From NCBI GenBank assembly GCA_000004985.1, contig GG738922.1: a stretch of DNA of 64,000 nucleotides; one strand, 5' to 3'. The translations under genes and the position numbers were made by a program. Below, one piece after another: positions 63,830 through 64,000 of this stretch. Source of the DNA: Naegleria gruberi (lineage: Eukaryota). The notes beneath the pieces are model-generated. The model did no database searches. It was not told the DNA's origin and was given only the letters and a program-made list of their open reading frames with translations. Every line of letters starts with the position of its first letter. The stretch's first letter is position 1.

Positions 63830-64000
63830 GTTTTTATTATTTATAACAGTGGTAATGGTAATTTTTTAAATGTGAATAGAACCATTATATATGAATGTAA
63901 TAGTCAATTTTCTAAAAATGGCAATCTTCCATTGTTGAACTTCCTTCTGTTAGAGATTAGCGGAAAGCAATACAATAGTACAAAACGGTAACTAGATTAT

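Noticed and set aside
1-64000. Prokaryotic interpretation (operons, Shine-Dalgarno, phage island)
   Set aside because: Validated spliceosomal introns, eukaryote-type tRNAs without encoded CCA, and F-box, ankyrin, PWI, Sof1 and RGS domains are all present. ORF-track 'M' residues at TTG/GTG are artefacts; real genes start at ATG.

Overview
The window is AT-rich, compact eukaryotic nuclear DNA, not prokaryotic. Long uninterrupted ORFs sit about 100-500 bp apart. A minority of genes carry short spliceosomal introns (40-105 nt, GTAAGT or GTAGGT donor, AG acceptor). There are four dispersed eukaryote-type tRNA genes: Ser-GCT, Phe-GAA, Gln-TTG and Leu-CAA. The gene content is typical of a free-living amoeboid protist: several F-box and RNI-type LRR genes, tenascin-type EGF arrays, a SHAQKYF Myb with Q/N runs, SRm160/PWI and Sof1. 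My best guess is a Naegleria-like heterolobosean or an amoebozoan; this is unverified. About 35 protein genes are supportable. The most striking are two giant paralogous receptors (1..5457, 5'-partial, and 29730..35927), each combining Cys-rich or EGF repeats, a GAIN/GPS autoproteolysis motif, a 7TM domain and a C-terminal RGS box. Others are a 2273-aa alpha-2-macroglobulin/TEP-like protein with a YPYECNEQ thioester-type motif and a KCTD-type BTB fused to a PABC/MLLE domain. A stand-alone T4-Rnl1/Trl1-like RNA ligase domain protein, an ALDH3-type aldehyde dehydrogenase and an intron-containing PHB-depolymerase-type esterase are also present. Further genes are a GT13 GnT-I-like glycosyltransferase, a PPP-like metallophosphoesterase, a His-box desaturase, a DUF4326-like protein and a decayed F-box/LRR pseudogene. 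The supplied ORF track splits several genes at introns and uses TTG/GTG as starts; I corrected these where the sequence allowed. No similarity searches or structure predictions could be run, so all homology calls rest on recognised motifs.
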